DNA of 64,000 bases from Camelus ferus (lineage: Eukaryota). The stretch spans positions 77,750,001 to 77,814,000 of the forward strand of contig NC_045696.1 of NCBI RefSeq assembly GCF_009834535.1, in the 5' to 3' direction. A program made the translations under genes and the position numbers. The notes under the pieces are model-generated. The model worked only from the letters and a program-made list of their open reading frames with translations. It was not told where the DNA came from and did not search any database. This document shows, in pieces, positions 53,096 through 64,000 of this stretch. The first letter of the stretch is position 1; each line of letters opens with the position of its first letter.

Positions 53096-53378
53096 ATTGA
53101 GTCCCATTCCCCCTACCCCCAATATTACATTTCAGTCCCCTCTGAACTGTAAGTTCTATGCTCCCAATTCTGAAGTATCCTTGATTGTAAGGAATAGTAT
53201 CAATTCAAAAACAGCTTTTGTTGGATAGTAGGAAAGAAAGAATCTAACAGGTATCTGCCAGCTTCAGAAATGTTAACATTTTACAAAATGACCACAAGTA
53301 GAAAGACAAGGTATTTGAGTTGTATTGCTGATAACCATTTATTAGAAAAAGGTCAATTTAGGATCATCAGAAATATAT

Positions 53379-53527
53379 AGCCCAGGAAACTGTATTCAAT
53401 ATCTTGTAATACCTTTAATGAAAAAGAAAATGAAAATGAATATATGTATGTATATGCATGACTGGGACATTGTGCTGTACAACAGAAATTGACACATTGT
53501 AACTGACTGTACTTCAATTAAAAAAAA
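53379..53527 (+). mobile_element. 5'-truncated camelid-type L1 3' end
   Basis: aactgtattcaatatcttgtaatacc…atatatgtatgtatatgcatgactgggacattgtgctgtac…cttcaatt(A)n; candidate TSD agaaat(a/g)tat. Confidence 0.85.
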
Positions 53528-56500
53528 AGAAATGTATGAAGAAGCATTGGGGAGGCGACCCATGAAAGGAACTGCCACTTAATTTATGAGGGAAGAACAG
53601 GTTCTCTTAGAGAGGATTTGGGAATGGATACAACAGTATGAGACCCTTGTTCAGACAGAGGTCACTGAAGTAGGCATCTCAAATAACCAGGAAGACCCAG
53701 GGAGAGAAAGAGCTAGCAAAAAGACAGTGAGGAAAACTGAAAACAAAACTCCATTCATTTAATAATTATGATTTCCTTAGGCACTATTCTTGTTTACATG
53801 CTTTGTGTGTGTTTATATTTTCTAGACGAGTATCAAATTATCATCAAAATATGCTAAGGATGGACCACCTCACTTACTACAAGAATACAGTTACATAAGG
53901 TTCCATCATTTACAAGCAGACATCATATTAGATCATAGTACAACCCTATGAGGTGGGTGAAACAAGTATTACTCTCTTTTACAGACTAAAAGCTTTGTTA
54001 TCTTCTAGAGATGTAAGGATAGCAAATGGAATGGCAGGCAGGGATTTCTAACTCAGTTACCTTGTTGCCTCCCTGCCCCCTCCCCAACTATCTCCACCCC
54101 TGGTCCAGTGATTTTTCTCTCCAGCTTCACTAAGGGCATAAGGAAGGAGTTCACTTTGCACATAAGGAGCTGGTAGGCTGCTGACTAATCAACTAAATTA
54201 AAATTACCTTTCAGTTTAAGAGACCTAGTGACTTAAAAATAATTTACCAGGTAAAAAGACTCCATAGATCCTTTGGCCATTTCTGTAACAGGTTTCCTGT
54301 TGGTCAGTCCAATAGCTAAACCCATTTCTTCATAAAATGCAAACTATGTACAGAATAACAACCCCAGAGCCCTTCCAAAGCTGTACTCTGAGTATACCTA
54401 AATGAAACAGTGAGCATAGTGAAAAGGTAAAGCAGAACCATCCAAAATGACCTTTGGCCAAAGCACTGGATGAAAGCACACTCCCCGTGGGCGCAATTCC
54501 TATAGGACCTTTATTGACCGAAAGGATCAAGATATAGATTTTACGTCTCAGTGAAGGATAACAATTCTGCTTCACATCGCTGTTCCATGCTGAGGAATTG
54601 GCTGACATAACGTAACTTCAGCTATTATTTCACCAGCCTTCTTGAGGTTTGTCTTAAATAGCTTCTCTTAGCCTCACGGGCAATGCTATTTTAAATAATA
54701 CAGTGTCAGCATTTTAGTGATATATTCCAGCTGCCAGGCGTTAAAAAAAATTAACTGAAAAACCTAACTGATTTTCAATTCAACATTAACTGTCTGAGGC
54801 TCCAAATATTTTTAATGAAATATTTAAACAAAATCTCCTGTAGATGAAACAGTTTGGTAACTTCCCTTTCAAAACAAAAATCAAGCATTTCAAAAAAACT
54901 AAACCCCAAAGCAAGGAAACAACTGGAGTCACTTTGCATATATTTAGCATCATTCAGTAGACAGCCAGAGAAAGTCTGTTGTCCTCTCTGACCAAGGTTA
55001 CTGGGCAGTTGTAAATCAGGAGGGTGCTCTCAGGGGTTTTTTTAGAAGTAATTCATTTAATTTTAGGAAGACACAGGGAGAAAAAGCTGAAAAATGCAGA
55101 CTTGGCACACAAGAGGGCAAAAAGACGTGGGTGGCAAACCATCACATATTACCATTTCAAGCAAGTTAGGTGCCAAGCGTGAGAAATCAGGCAGAGGAAA
55201 TGACACCAGCAGCAGTAATGTGTCTGACCCTGACAGATGACAGCATCATGGCATAACCTCCAAGCCCTGGTCCTACACAACTGCTGGACTAGGGATGGTT
55301 TTGCTAGAATGAATTCACCGGAGCTTTGTAGCCACCACTGTACCTACGAAGCACTGTGCATAGGATACCCAGACACCCCCCATGACTCTCGCCCCAATGC
55401 CAATCCCCACATGCTAAGTTTCTTTGCACCAAACCTAGATCCATTATTTTGGTCAGGATGTACCAGGAAGTCTTGCATTTATATAAGCTGTTTTAACTTA
55501 ATTCTCTTTTGTATATTTTCTGCCTCTCCAACATGATTTTTGAGGATAGAGTTTTGTCTATCTTTCTACTGACCCAGTAGTATTGATCAGCACAATAAAA
55601 TGGGTACTATTAAAGTTTGGAAAACTGAAGTCCATCCAATCAGATAAACTTTTGCCAATGGGAGGGATTCGTAAGGAGAAGAGAAGAAAGGAGCTACACA
55701 AACACCATCTGGCTTAGCCTAGGTTTGGACCTGAAAATGATTGCACTCAGAATGCCAAAGATGCTGCAGGAAGTTTGAGGTTGACTTCAGGTAATTCTGA
55801 GTCACAACTATACTGGAAAGCATTTGCTTTCTTAATTCCTTAGGGGATAAAACTGGCTTTCAAGTAAACTATGTATCCCATTAGGTACTTGTAGAAATCA
55901 GTAACTGTGTACGGATACCACCAAGCACGTTGTGCTGAGTAGGTGCTTGAGATAAATGTTAAAGAACAATCAAAGCAAGACTCACAAATAAACCACAGAT
56001 GAGACAGACAATTTTGCATTCTGCCTTAAAAAACATTGACGTTTCTTTCTAGCAGTATGACCTTAGGGCAATTACTTAACTTCCTAAAGCCTTGAATTTC
56101 TCAAATGTAAAAAGAGAATTGTATACAATATAAGGCGGCTAAGAGGAGTCAATTAAAACATTCTATCTACTCCATCATAAATACTTAGTGCATAACTATC
56201 CGCATTATGAATTATAATCACTACTAATGCAACCAACACGTATACCCACACATCTCACACACCCACACAGCCCACATACCTCCTATATTTTTGGCAATGT
56301 CTTCCTAACAAATCTCTTGAAACTATAATTTCTCCTGCCTTCTAAGATGTGGAATACTCATATTTAGAAAGCTAAGTCTGTTCAAGATTTTCTAACTCAC
56401 TTTTTCTTAATTAACTTTGGTGGACTTTGGTTTTAAAGAGGGTTCTTTATATACTATTTGCCCCCAAGTTAATCTCTTTGGATTTTATGAGGTAATTCAT

Positions 56501-57219
56501 GTGATGGGATAGTATTTTTACTGTTTAAAATTTTCCTGCTAAACACATTAACAGAGAATTTTTTAAATGTTATACAAATATGAAATACTGTAAAAATATA
56601 TTCCCCTTTTGATATTTTATACGATATAAGGCTTTTTTACTTGGGATAAGGCTATATAAAAAAATGATTATCTACACCTGAGAAATAGGGTATCATTACA
56701 TATTTTTTTCATTCAGCATCAAGTAATTTTTAAGCATTCTTTTATTTTTCTTAAACTTTTCCTTAACAAAACTGTTATTTTCTTAAAGAATAATCCTTAA
56801 CACTACGCTATGTAATCATAGAAACTGTTATTCTAGATATAATATATATAAGCTTATGACTTTTTAAATTAAAATATAAATTGGATCAAGATAAATCTGT
56901 GATGGGAAAACACAAGAAAAACATACTTTAAAAATATAATACTTAATTCTTAATTCTTTAACCCCACTGCTGAGATTCCAAAGAAGTCAGCTTTCAAAAT
57001 TTACGTTGGAAATCCCCTCTTCCCCACATCTGGAACTCAAAGCACTTTGGAATGAGACTACTTTCATATGAAATTTTGTACTGAACTTGACATTTTGCAG
57101 ATAGACATGAAAAGTGCACAAATGACCACTTAGCATGCCCTTCTGCCATCCACCACCTTGATCTCACACTTGTACGTGAAACGGCTACTTCAAACTTAAC
57201 TCATCAAAGAGTACATTCT

Positions 57220-57910
57220 ACATTGTGCTAAATGAAATGAGCCAGTCACAAAAAGACAAGGACTGTATGAGTCCAGTTACATGAGTGCTGTGGACTAGAC
57301 TGTGCCCCCCCCAAATTCATACATTGAAGCCCCAATACCAAATGTGACTGTATTTGGAGACAGGGCCTGTAAGGAAGTGACAAAGGTTAAATGGGGTCAT
57401 AAGGTTGGGGCCCTAATACGATAGGACTGGTGACCTTAAGAGAAGAGGAAGAGGCACCAGAACTTCCTCTGTCATACTGAGGACACAGCAAGAAGGTGAC
57501 GGACTGCAAGATAGGAAGAGAGCTCTCACCAGGAACCAGCACCTTGACCTTGGACTTCACAGCGTCCAGAATTAAATTAAATTAAAGAGAAGTAAATGTC
57601 TGTTGTTTAAACCTCCTAGTTTATGGCGTTTTGTTATAGCAGCCCAACCAGGTTAATACAATGAAGTATCTAGAGTAGCCAAATTCACGGACAGAAAACA
57701 GAACAGGGGTTGCCAGGCACTAGGCGGAGGCGGAAACTGGGTTGCTCTTTACTGGGTACAAAACAGAGTTTCAGTTTTGCAGAGTGAAAAGTCCTGGAGA
57801 CTGGTTGCACAACAATGTGAATGTACTTATGATCATTGAACTATACACTAAAAATAATTAAGATGATAAATATTATGTATATCTTACTATAATTAAATTT
57901 TTAATAAATC
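57220..57910 (+). mobile_element. L1MB-like 3' end split by MLT1A
   Basis: gctaaatgaaatgagccagtcacaaaaagacaa…ttacatgag | atgaagtatctagagtagccaaattca…ggttgcacaacaatgtgaatgtactta. Confidence 0.8.
57286..57660 (+). mobile_element. MaLR solo LTR (MLT1A-like)
   Basis: tgctgtggact…ccccaaattcatacattgaagccc…gactgtatttggagacagggcct…ataggactggtgacctta…ttgttatagcagcc…taataca; TSD atgag/atgaa. Confidence 0.9.
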
Positions 57911-58049
57911 GAAGAAAAAATTTTGATTTCTCCTCTCAAATCAGCAGTCTTCCTTATTTCCAAAAATGGTCCCAACATTCACCAGTTGCTCACATTAAAT
58001 TTTTATAATCACTCTGTACTATTTAGCTTCTTTTTCCATTACATGTAAC

Positions 58050-58168
58050 TGAGTGTTTCCCAAACTTCAGCAAGCAAGAGATCAGTTGGAGGACTTGTTA
58101 CAACACAGGCTGCTGGGCCCCATTCCCAGACTTCTGATTCAGTAGGTCTGAGGTAGGGCTCAAGACAC
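58050..58168. mobile_element. MER5A fragment
   Basis: cttgttacaacacaggctgctgggccccattcccagacttctgattcagtaggtctgaggtagggctcaaga. Confidence 0.75.
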
Positions 58169-58589
58169 AAGTGCATAGATAGTCAGTATGGGATAAAAGA
58201 TTAGAAAATTAAAAGAAGTTACTACTGGTATGAAAGTAGAATTTTTAATATACAAAAAAGTTTACAAGATAGGTCTTAAAATTCAGAGAAACAAGATATT
58301 GTTCAAAAATAATTTTATTTTTCACAGTCCAGAATATATCCACCCCAATTTTTTTTTCTTTTTTGGTTATATGTTTGGAATTCTGTGAAATGATAACAAT
58401 TTTAAATGGACTAACTGAATGAAATAAGTTCATGAAGAAATTGATAATAGCATTCTACTTGGAGTACAATTTCTATCATCTGAAATGAAAAGTATAGCTT
58501 TTCCTTTTTTAAAAACTATTGTCTCTGAGAGCTAGGCTTTAAAAGTATATTATGTTATTCTTTAAGTGCTTTATACTTTATCTAGGACT

Positions 58590-58745
58590 TTGACCTACAT
58601 ACTCCTCCTATATTTTCATAGCACTTTGAGATGAGTAGGGTAGTACAGCTACCTGACAGATGAGAAAACTGAGGTGCAAATACGTAAGTGATTGCCAACA
58701 ATCATATAAATAGTAAGTAACAGAGACGCCAGTAGAATTTGATGG
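58590..58745 (-). mobile_element. MIR SINE
   Basis: gacagatgagaaaactgaggtgcaaa…gtaagtgattgcc…tagtaagtaacagag. Confidence 0.65.
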
Positions 58746-60474
58746 CTACTCCAAGTTTGTTTGGTATTTTTTCCCTCCTTCATGGCTTGTTGAAAGATTT
58801 ATTTTGCTGTTTTTTTCTTTCTTTGGGGGGGGGTATTTTGTTTTGTTTTTCCCCTATTGGCTCCTTCAAAAACTTTTCCACTAGTCAAGTTTTACTTTTT
58901 TGGTGAATGTGCATCAAGGAGGAAACAGAAGATAAGCTGTTATCAATACCTGCCCTTATGCTGTTCTGTGCTGATTATGCTAATAAATGCTAAGGTGATT
59001 GTTAACCTGGGCCTGTGCCCTGATTTCTGGAGTTCCCTGCCCTCTACCTTGGTTTCATCAGCACCACTTTCCTTGATGATGACTGCTCAGAAGTTAAAAG
59101 ACATTTAAAAAGAGAATTAAGAGGGATTTTTTTTTTTTTTGATATTCAATTCAGTTTAGATCTCAAACATTTAATAGAAGGTAGAATTTTCCATTAACCA
59201 CCTTGGAGATCAGAAAGTATAAACCAAGCATGACACTAATAATTTGGTAGGGAGATGCTCCTCTTTCAAATAACATTAAGATTGATTAGTTTTCATTTCT
59301 CAGGGTTGTCTACAAGATGCATGGCAGTAAGTAATCACAAAGAACTGAAAAAAGAGATCAGAAAATAATGCAATAATATGCCTCTACTACTATCTGAAAG
59401 AGATGTAGGAGTTTTGAACAATAGACACTGCTAGCCAGAAGATTCTTTTCTGATAACAGAACATTGTGGTGGGCAGACAAACTACTAACATGATCACTTT
59501 GTCAATTAAGTTTGGGTTTCTGTCTCAAATACATCAAGTTAAATAGTAACATATTATTTCCTTTTTCTGACATTTGACATGGAAAAGCAACTTAAATAAA
59601 AATAAAAATAAAAAAACAACAACAACAAACTCTTTAGGACTCATGAATAGATAGGCTCTTGGCTCACAGAAGTCAGAGTTAGAAAGTATTTGAATCAAGC
59701 TCCTATTCCTAAAGCAACTAGCTTTACCCCAAATTGTGCTGCTCCTGAGGTTCTGAGGAAAATCTGCAAAAGCCTTTCATAAACGTGTATCACTAAGATT
59801 CAGGCTGCTCTCCAAGGTCTGAAAGCAACCTGGTGTGATCTAATTAGATCAGGATAGCCGATTTAGCATAAGGTAAACAACAACTGATAGTAGATAAACT
59901 GTATAAGTAAGTTTAAGCTGAGATAAGCTATAGTTTATATAGAGCTGTTTACTATTTAATTTTTTACGTTAACTAGTATCTTCTTCTATGCTAAACATGT
60001 AATATATGTAATCATTTGGGGATTTTGCTTACTTAATTAACAAAATTTTTTAAATGATTTCAAGTCAGTAAGCCTACAATAAATTGTATGTTCTTATATC
60101 ACCAATGAAAACAAGTGGGTACCAGCCTTTCAGAAATTCATTCAGCAGGGTGTATTAAGTACTTGAAAAAAAGATATTCTTATTCTCTGATCCAGTTATA
60201 TTATTTCTGAGAATCTATAACATGTAACCAATCTAACAGAAGAGGAAAAGTATTTACATAAAAATATTTACCACGTCATTATTTATATTATAATATGTTA
60301 CATTTTGAATATATTTTATAAGTAAGAAATCACTATTAAACGTAACTTAAATACCCCCAAAACATAAATACTTAAATTACATCTCGCCATTAAACATAAT
60401 TATCCTAAGGTTAGTAGCATGAAAAATGCTTTTGAAAACCAATATTGCTAGACTAATTTTTAAAAATGTAAAAC

Positions 60475-60956
60475 CACCATGATCTCCTTTCCTAATTTAA
60501 ATTTTCCAAGGGCTTCCCATTGCACTCAAAAGCCAAAGACTGGCTCTGGTTTAGAAAACCAACCTGATCTAACTCCTGAGAACTTCCTCACTCTTCTATG
60601 CCCTCTCCCTCACCTACTAACATCCCACACTAAGGACTAATGATTCCACCACTTGGAATACTTGCCCCCTGCTCTTTGCTTGGCCAACTCCTTCAGGTAA
60701 TGATTTAAATGTTATCTCCTCCCAGAAGACTTCCCTGAGTTCCCAATATGAAGCAGTCAACAAGTCACTCTCTGTCATGTCCCATTGTTTTAATTTTCTA
60801 CATAGTACTCTTACCGTCTGATAATTTCCTGTTCACTTCTATATACATTTGTATATCATCAGGCTCCTCCCGCTAGAATGCATATTGACAAGAGCCCTGA
60901 TGTTGTATAAATTGGCTGGTACACAGAAGATGCTTGGTAAATATTTTTTGAATGAA
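60475..60956 (+). mobile_element. L2a-like 3' end
   Basis: ggcttcccattgcactca…cccagaagacttccctga…ctagaatg…acacagaagatgcttggtaaatattttttgaatgaa. Confidence 0.75.
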
Positions 60957-61476
60957 TGTAAGGGATGGGGCAGAGTATCCACTCCAAAATATGCTACTTT
61001 GACGTAAAGATTATGTTGAGCTGAAGACATAAGAAAAATTCTCTGCCTTCCTTCTCTCTACTAGGAAGGGCAAGATGATTCTTCACCACCAGAGACAACT
61101 TTAGACTCTTTTCAGCCCAGAGACAGATGTAATTAAAGGAATCTATATCATAAATCTTAATAAAGTGATGCTTCCATTATTTTTCCCCATATATTTACCT
61201 TTCAAGTTTGCCGCCCCTAAAAGCCTAAAACCCCTTTCCTTTCTCTTGTCATTTCTCTACAAATCCATAATTCTTTGTAAAGATGCTAAGCCCAAGTTCT
61301 AACCACCCTTTTGAGTTACTCATCACTGAGTTCTCTCGTGTGTATGTGCAATGCACACATTGATAAATTTTGTTTGTTTTTCTCCTTTTAACCTGTCTTT
61401 TGTTCAACCTAATTTGCAGGGCCCCAGTCAGAGAACACAGAAGTGGAAGAAAAGCTTATTTTCTCAACACCCTACA
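60957..61476 (+). mobile_element. ERV1 solo LTR (MER34-like) inserted in the L2 (AATG)n tail
   Basis: tgtaagg…ccaaaatatgctactttgacgtaaagattatgttgagctgaag…taatttgcagggccccag…ccctaca, flanked by aatgaa repeats. Confidence 0.75.
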
Positions 61477-64000
61477 AATGAATCAATCAATACTCGTAAT
61501 TTTTTTTAAATGGAGACATCCTTTAAAAGAAAAATTAGATATATTTAAAGAGGACTATGTGGAAATGTTTAAATGATCAAATCGTGGGCCTAATTTTAAG
61601 GCTGTAATGCCAGCTACCGTTAACACCTGGGAACAGCTTCTGTCGTTAAAATATAAAAGGGTCCCAAGGATATAAATCATGTTTAGAGTTGTGCTGTTGG
61701 AAACAAACAAAATTTCACAATGTCAAACATTTACAAAAACCCAAAGCAATATATAATTATGGAAGAAACTGTTTAGTTCACTGCGTAAGTACAACAGCTA
61801 TATAGAGAAAGAAAAGATTCGTGTGGGGTTCAGCTGTTTGGGAAGATTTCATGGAGAGGATACAACTTAATTCAAGGACAGACAGAAGGATTTGGACTCA
61901 GGGAAAATAAAAAGGATCCCAGAAACATTTAGGTGAATTTTTTTTTCAAGGAACTTTAAAATATTTTCACCCTTTCTGACTTCTAGAACATTCTAACCCA
62001 AGATTATCCTAATTTCAATCATTTGGCTTAGAGCCAAGTAGTATAGGACAACGAAAATCTTAGTCTTCAGATTCTCAGGATTTATTCATTTTAGATATTT
62101 GAATAGCTCCAACTGGTATGTAATTGGTCAGAAGATAGCTAGAATTTATATAGATTCTTTTGGGGTTTTAAGTATCCTTATTCAGCATCTGCTACATTAA
62201 ATAAAAAAATGATTTCAATATTTCTATTTATTTTCTGGGGCCTTGATATGTTTAGCAAATACAAACTGAGCTATCACCATAAATGAAAGATAATTATTCA
62301 GATATAAACATGGATATTTCACAAGCTGCCAAAACTTCTTTCCATACATTGAGTGTTTTGAAAGGCAAGTAAAAGGAAAGCCTGAATCTTTAAGAGCAGA
62401 TTTAATTTGGTGCCATTTGATTCAGATCATAAAATTTTTTAAAATGATATAATATGTAATAAATAAAACCAATTTGTCACCAGCAGTAACTTTTAAAGTG
62501 CACCTACTTAAAATTAAATAAGATTATATTGAACTTTATTCCCCACTGAATTAAGCAATTAATTCCAGGAATTTCTAACATATCATCGGTATATGCTTGA
62601 ATCCTCACCTGTGAGAGATGATACAATGCATTATGTTCATCAGCATATGCTTGTAAGTCAATAAAGTGGAATAAAAACGAGACATAAGCAAAGAGGAAAT
62701 TTTAATATTATTGTGTAATGCATGCTTCACATCTTGTTATACTTTTATTAAATATTTAGCTGCTAACATAGAACTATTAAGACTGTGCGGCAAGAGAACA
62801 CATTTACAGAACATTTCTTTAACAACTTATAAAAAAGAAACATGTAGATTTTGACAAGCACGTAATATGGTAAATCTCAGTAATATGAAAGTATAGCTGT
62901 ATATTTCAACATAAAATGAATGTTCAACGTTTTAAAATAGCAATAGTGGGAATAAAGTAATTTAATAGGCAGACTTGCCCCTAGTCATTTGCAAACTACT
63001 GAAAATTTGCATGTAAAATTTAATACTCTATTTTCCTTTTCACTAGAGGCCTTATTGAAGAGAGGAAAAAGAGCAAATGTGAAGAAATCATACATTAGTG
63101 AGCATATTGTTCTTCTAGAAACTTCAAATAAAGGAATAACAACACTTTACTCCATTGCATTTCCAATGGACTTCATATTTCTACCTAACAAACACTTTCT
63201 TAACAATCATTCTGATGCCTGCTTTTGTGTTACACCTACAAAAAGTTTGGTTATAAGCAGTTATTATTCCTAATATATATATAGTATATAAGTAAGTTAT
63301 ATATTTTACATATTAAAAAATTACAGTTCATATAGACACACAGTTTTAAGCTAAAAAATGATACAATGTAAGCTATAGGCATACTGATGTACAGCCATAA
63401 AAATTCCACATTTTCCACAGAACAAAATTACTAGAGGATACCTAGAGAAAGAATTCCTTCCTGTACAGATTTTGTTATATATGAAGTGGTACATCAGAGA
63501 ATAATTCACACTTTAAGAGCGATGACACTTCCCAATTTCAATGAGACCTTTAATTTAATTGTATGAGGCAAGATCTAAAGACTACAAAGTGTTCAAGGAA
63601 AATGTGACGCCAGAAAATTTTGTCCCTCAATAGCTCTTTCACATCTCCAGCTGAAAAAAAATAAGGGGGTCTGACCAGAAATCCTAGAAGATAATGTATT
63701 TCCGGTCACTGCTATTTTAAAACGTGGAGCATTCATTTTATGTTGAAATATATGGTTTCTCGCTTAGGCAGCATCCTCTCTGATACTCTCTAAAACCCGG
63801 GGTTGCTGGGACCTCGTTTCCTCATTGCCTCTACTTTAAGCACAATCACTCCTAAAGCATCCGTCTCCTCCCTAGATGAAGGATCTCATCATTATTAATT
63901 TTTCTGGGTTGCCTGGTTCAGCTTATTGAATTTTCAAGTATTTCCTGCAGTTAAGCAAAATTCACCACCACCTCACCAAATGCATCATTCAGTCAGTGGC

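Larger units (their letters stand above)
45341..64000 (-). other. NAALADL2: 3' part of the preceding long NAALADL2 intron (its donor lies beyond the window)
   Basis: Acceptor at 45341-45342. No further NAALADL2-like coding exon was recognised up to 64000. Confidence 0.8.

Noticed and set aside
55130..55540. GC-richer block with a 99-aa ORF, considered as a processed pseudogene
   Set aside because: No recognisable protein, poly(A) tail or TSD; perhaps an old LTR, but I cannot support a call.
59885..59960. Possible miRNA-like fold-back
   Set aside because: Short, AT-rich, discontinuous stems; not distinguishable from chance.

Overview
AT-rich, CpG-depleted mammalian genomic DNA, probably from a camelid (alpaca/camel), judged from the tRNA-derived SINE at 11.5 kb, the L1 3' ends and the absence of Alu, Bov-tA/BovB, PRE1 and Can-SINE elements. 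The whole window lies inside one large minus-strand gene, recognisable as NAALADL2 (inactive M28/GCPII-like peptidase homologue). It contains two internal coding exons (45194-45340, 147 bp; 101-196, 96 bp) separated by a ~45 kb intron. The rest is intronic and filled with transposon relics: MIR, L2, old and young L1, MaLR/ERVL/ERV1 solo LTRs, and hAT/Tigger DNA-transposon fragments. Apart from the ORF overlapping the 147-bp exon, I see no support for any entry in the supplied ORF track. The most unusual object is a ~350 bp bipartite L1 at 37330-37683, in which the L1 5' promoter head is fused directly to the L1 3' UTR at what looks like a splice acceptor. Other points of interest are a four-layer nested TE stack, two solo LTRs with shared R/U5 but different U3, a motif-dense LTR-like promoter, two perfect tandem duplications, a candidate recursive splice site and several candidate enhancers. 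Repeat subfamily names come from recalled consensus sequences and boundaries of old repeats are approximate. I found no prokaryotic-type system (CRISPR, operon).
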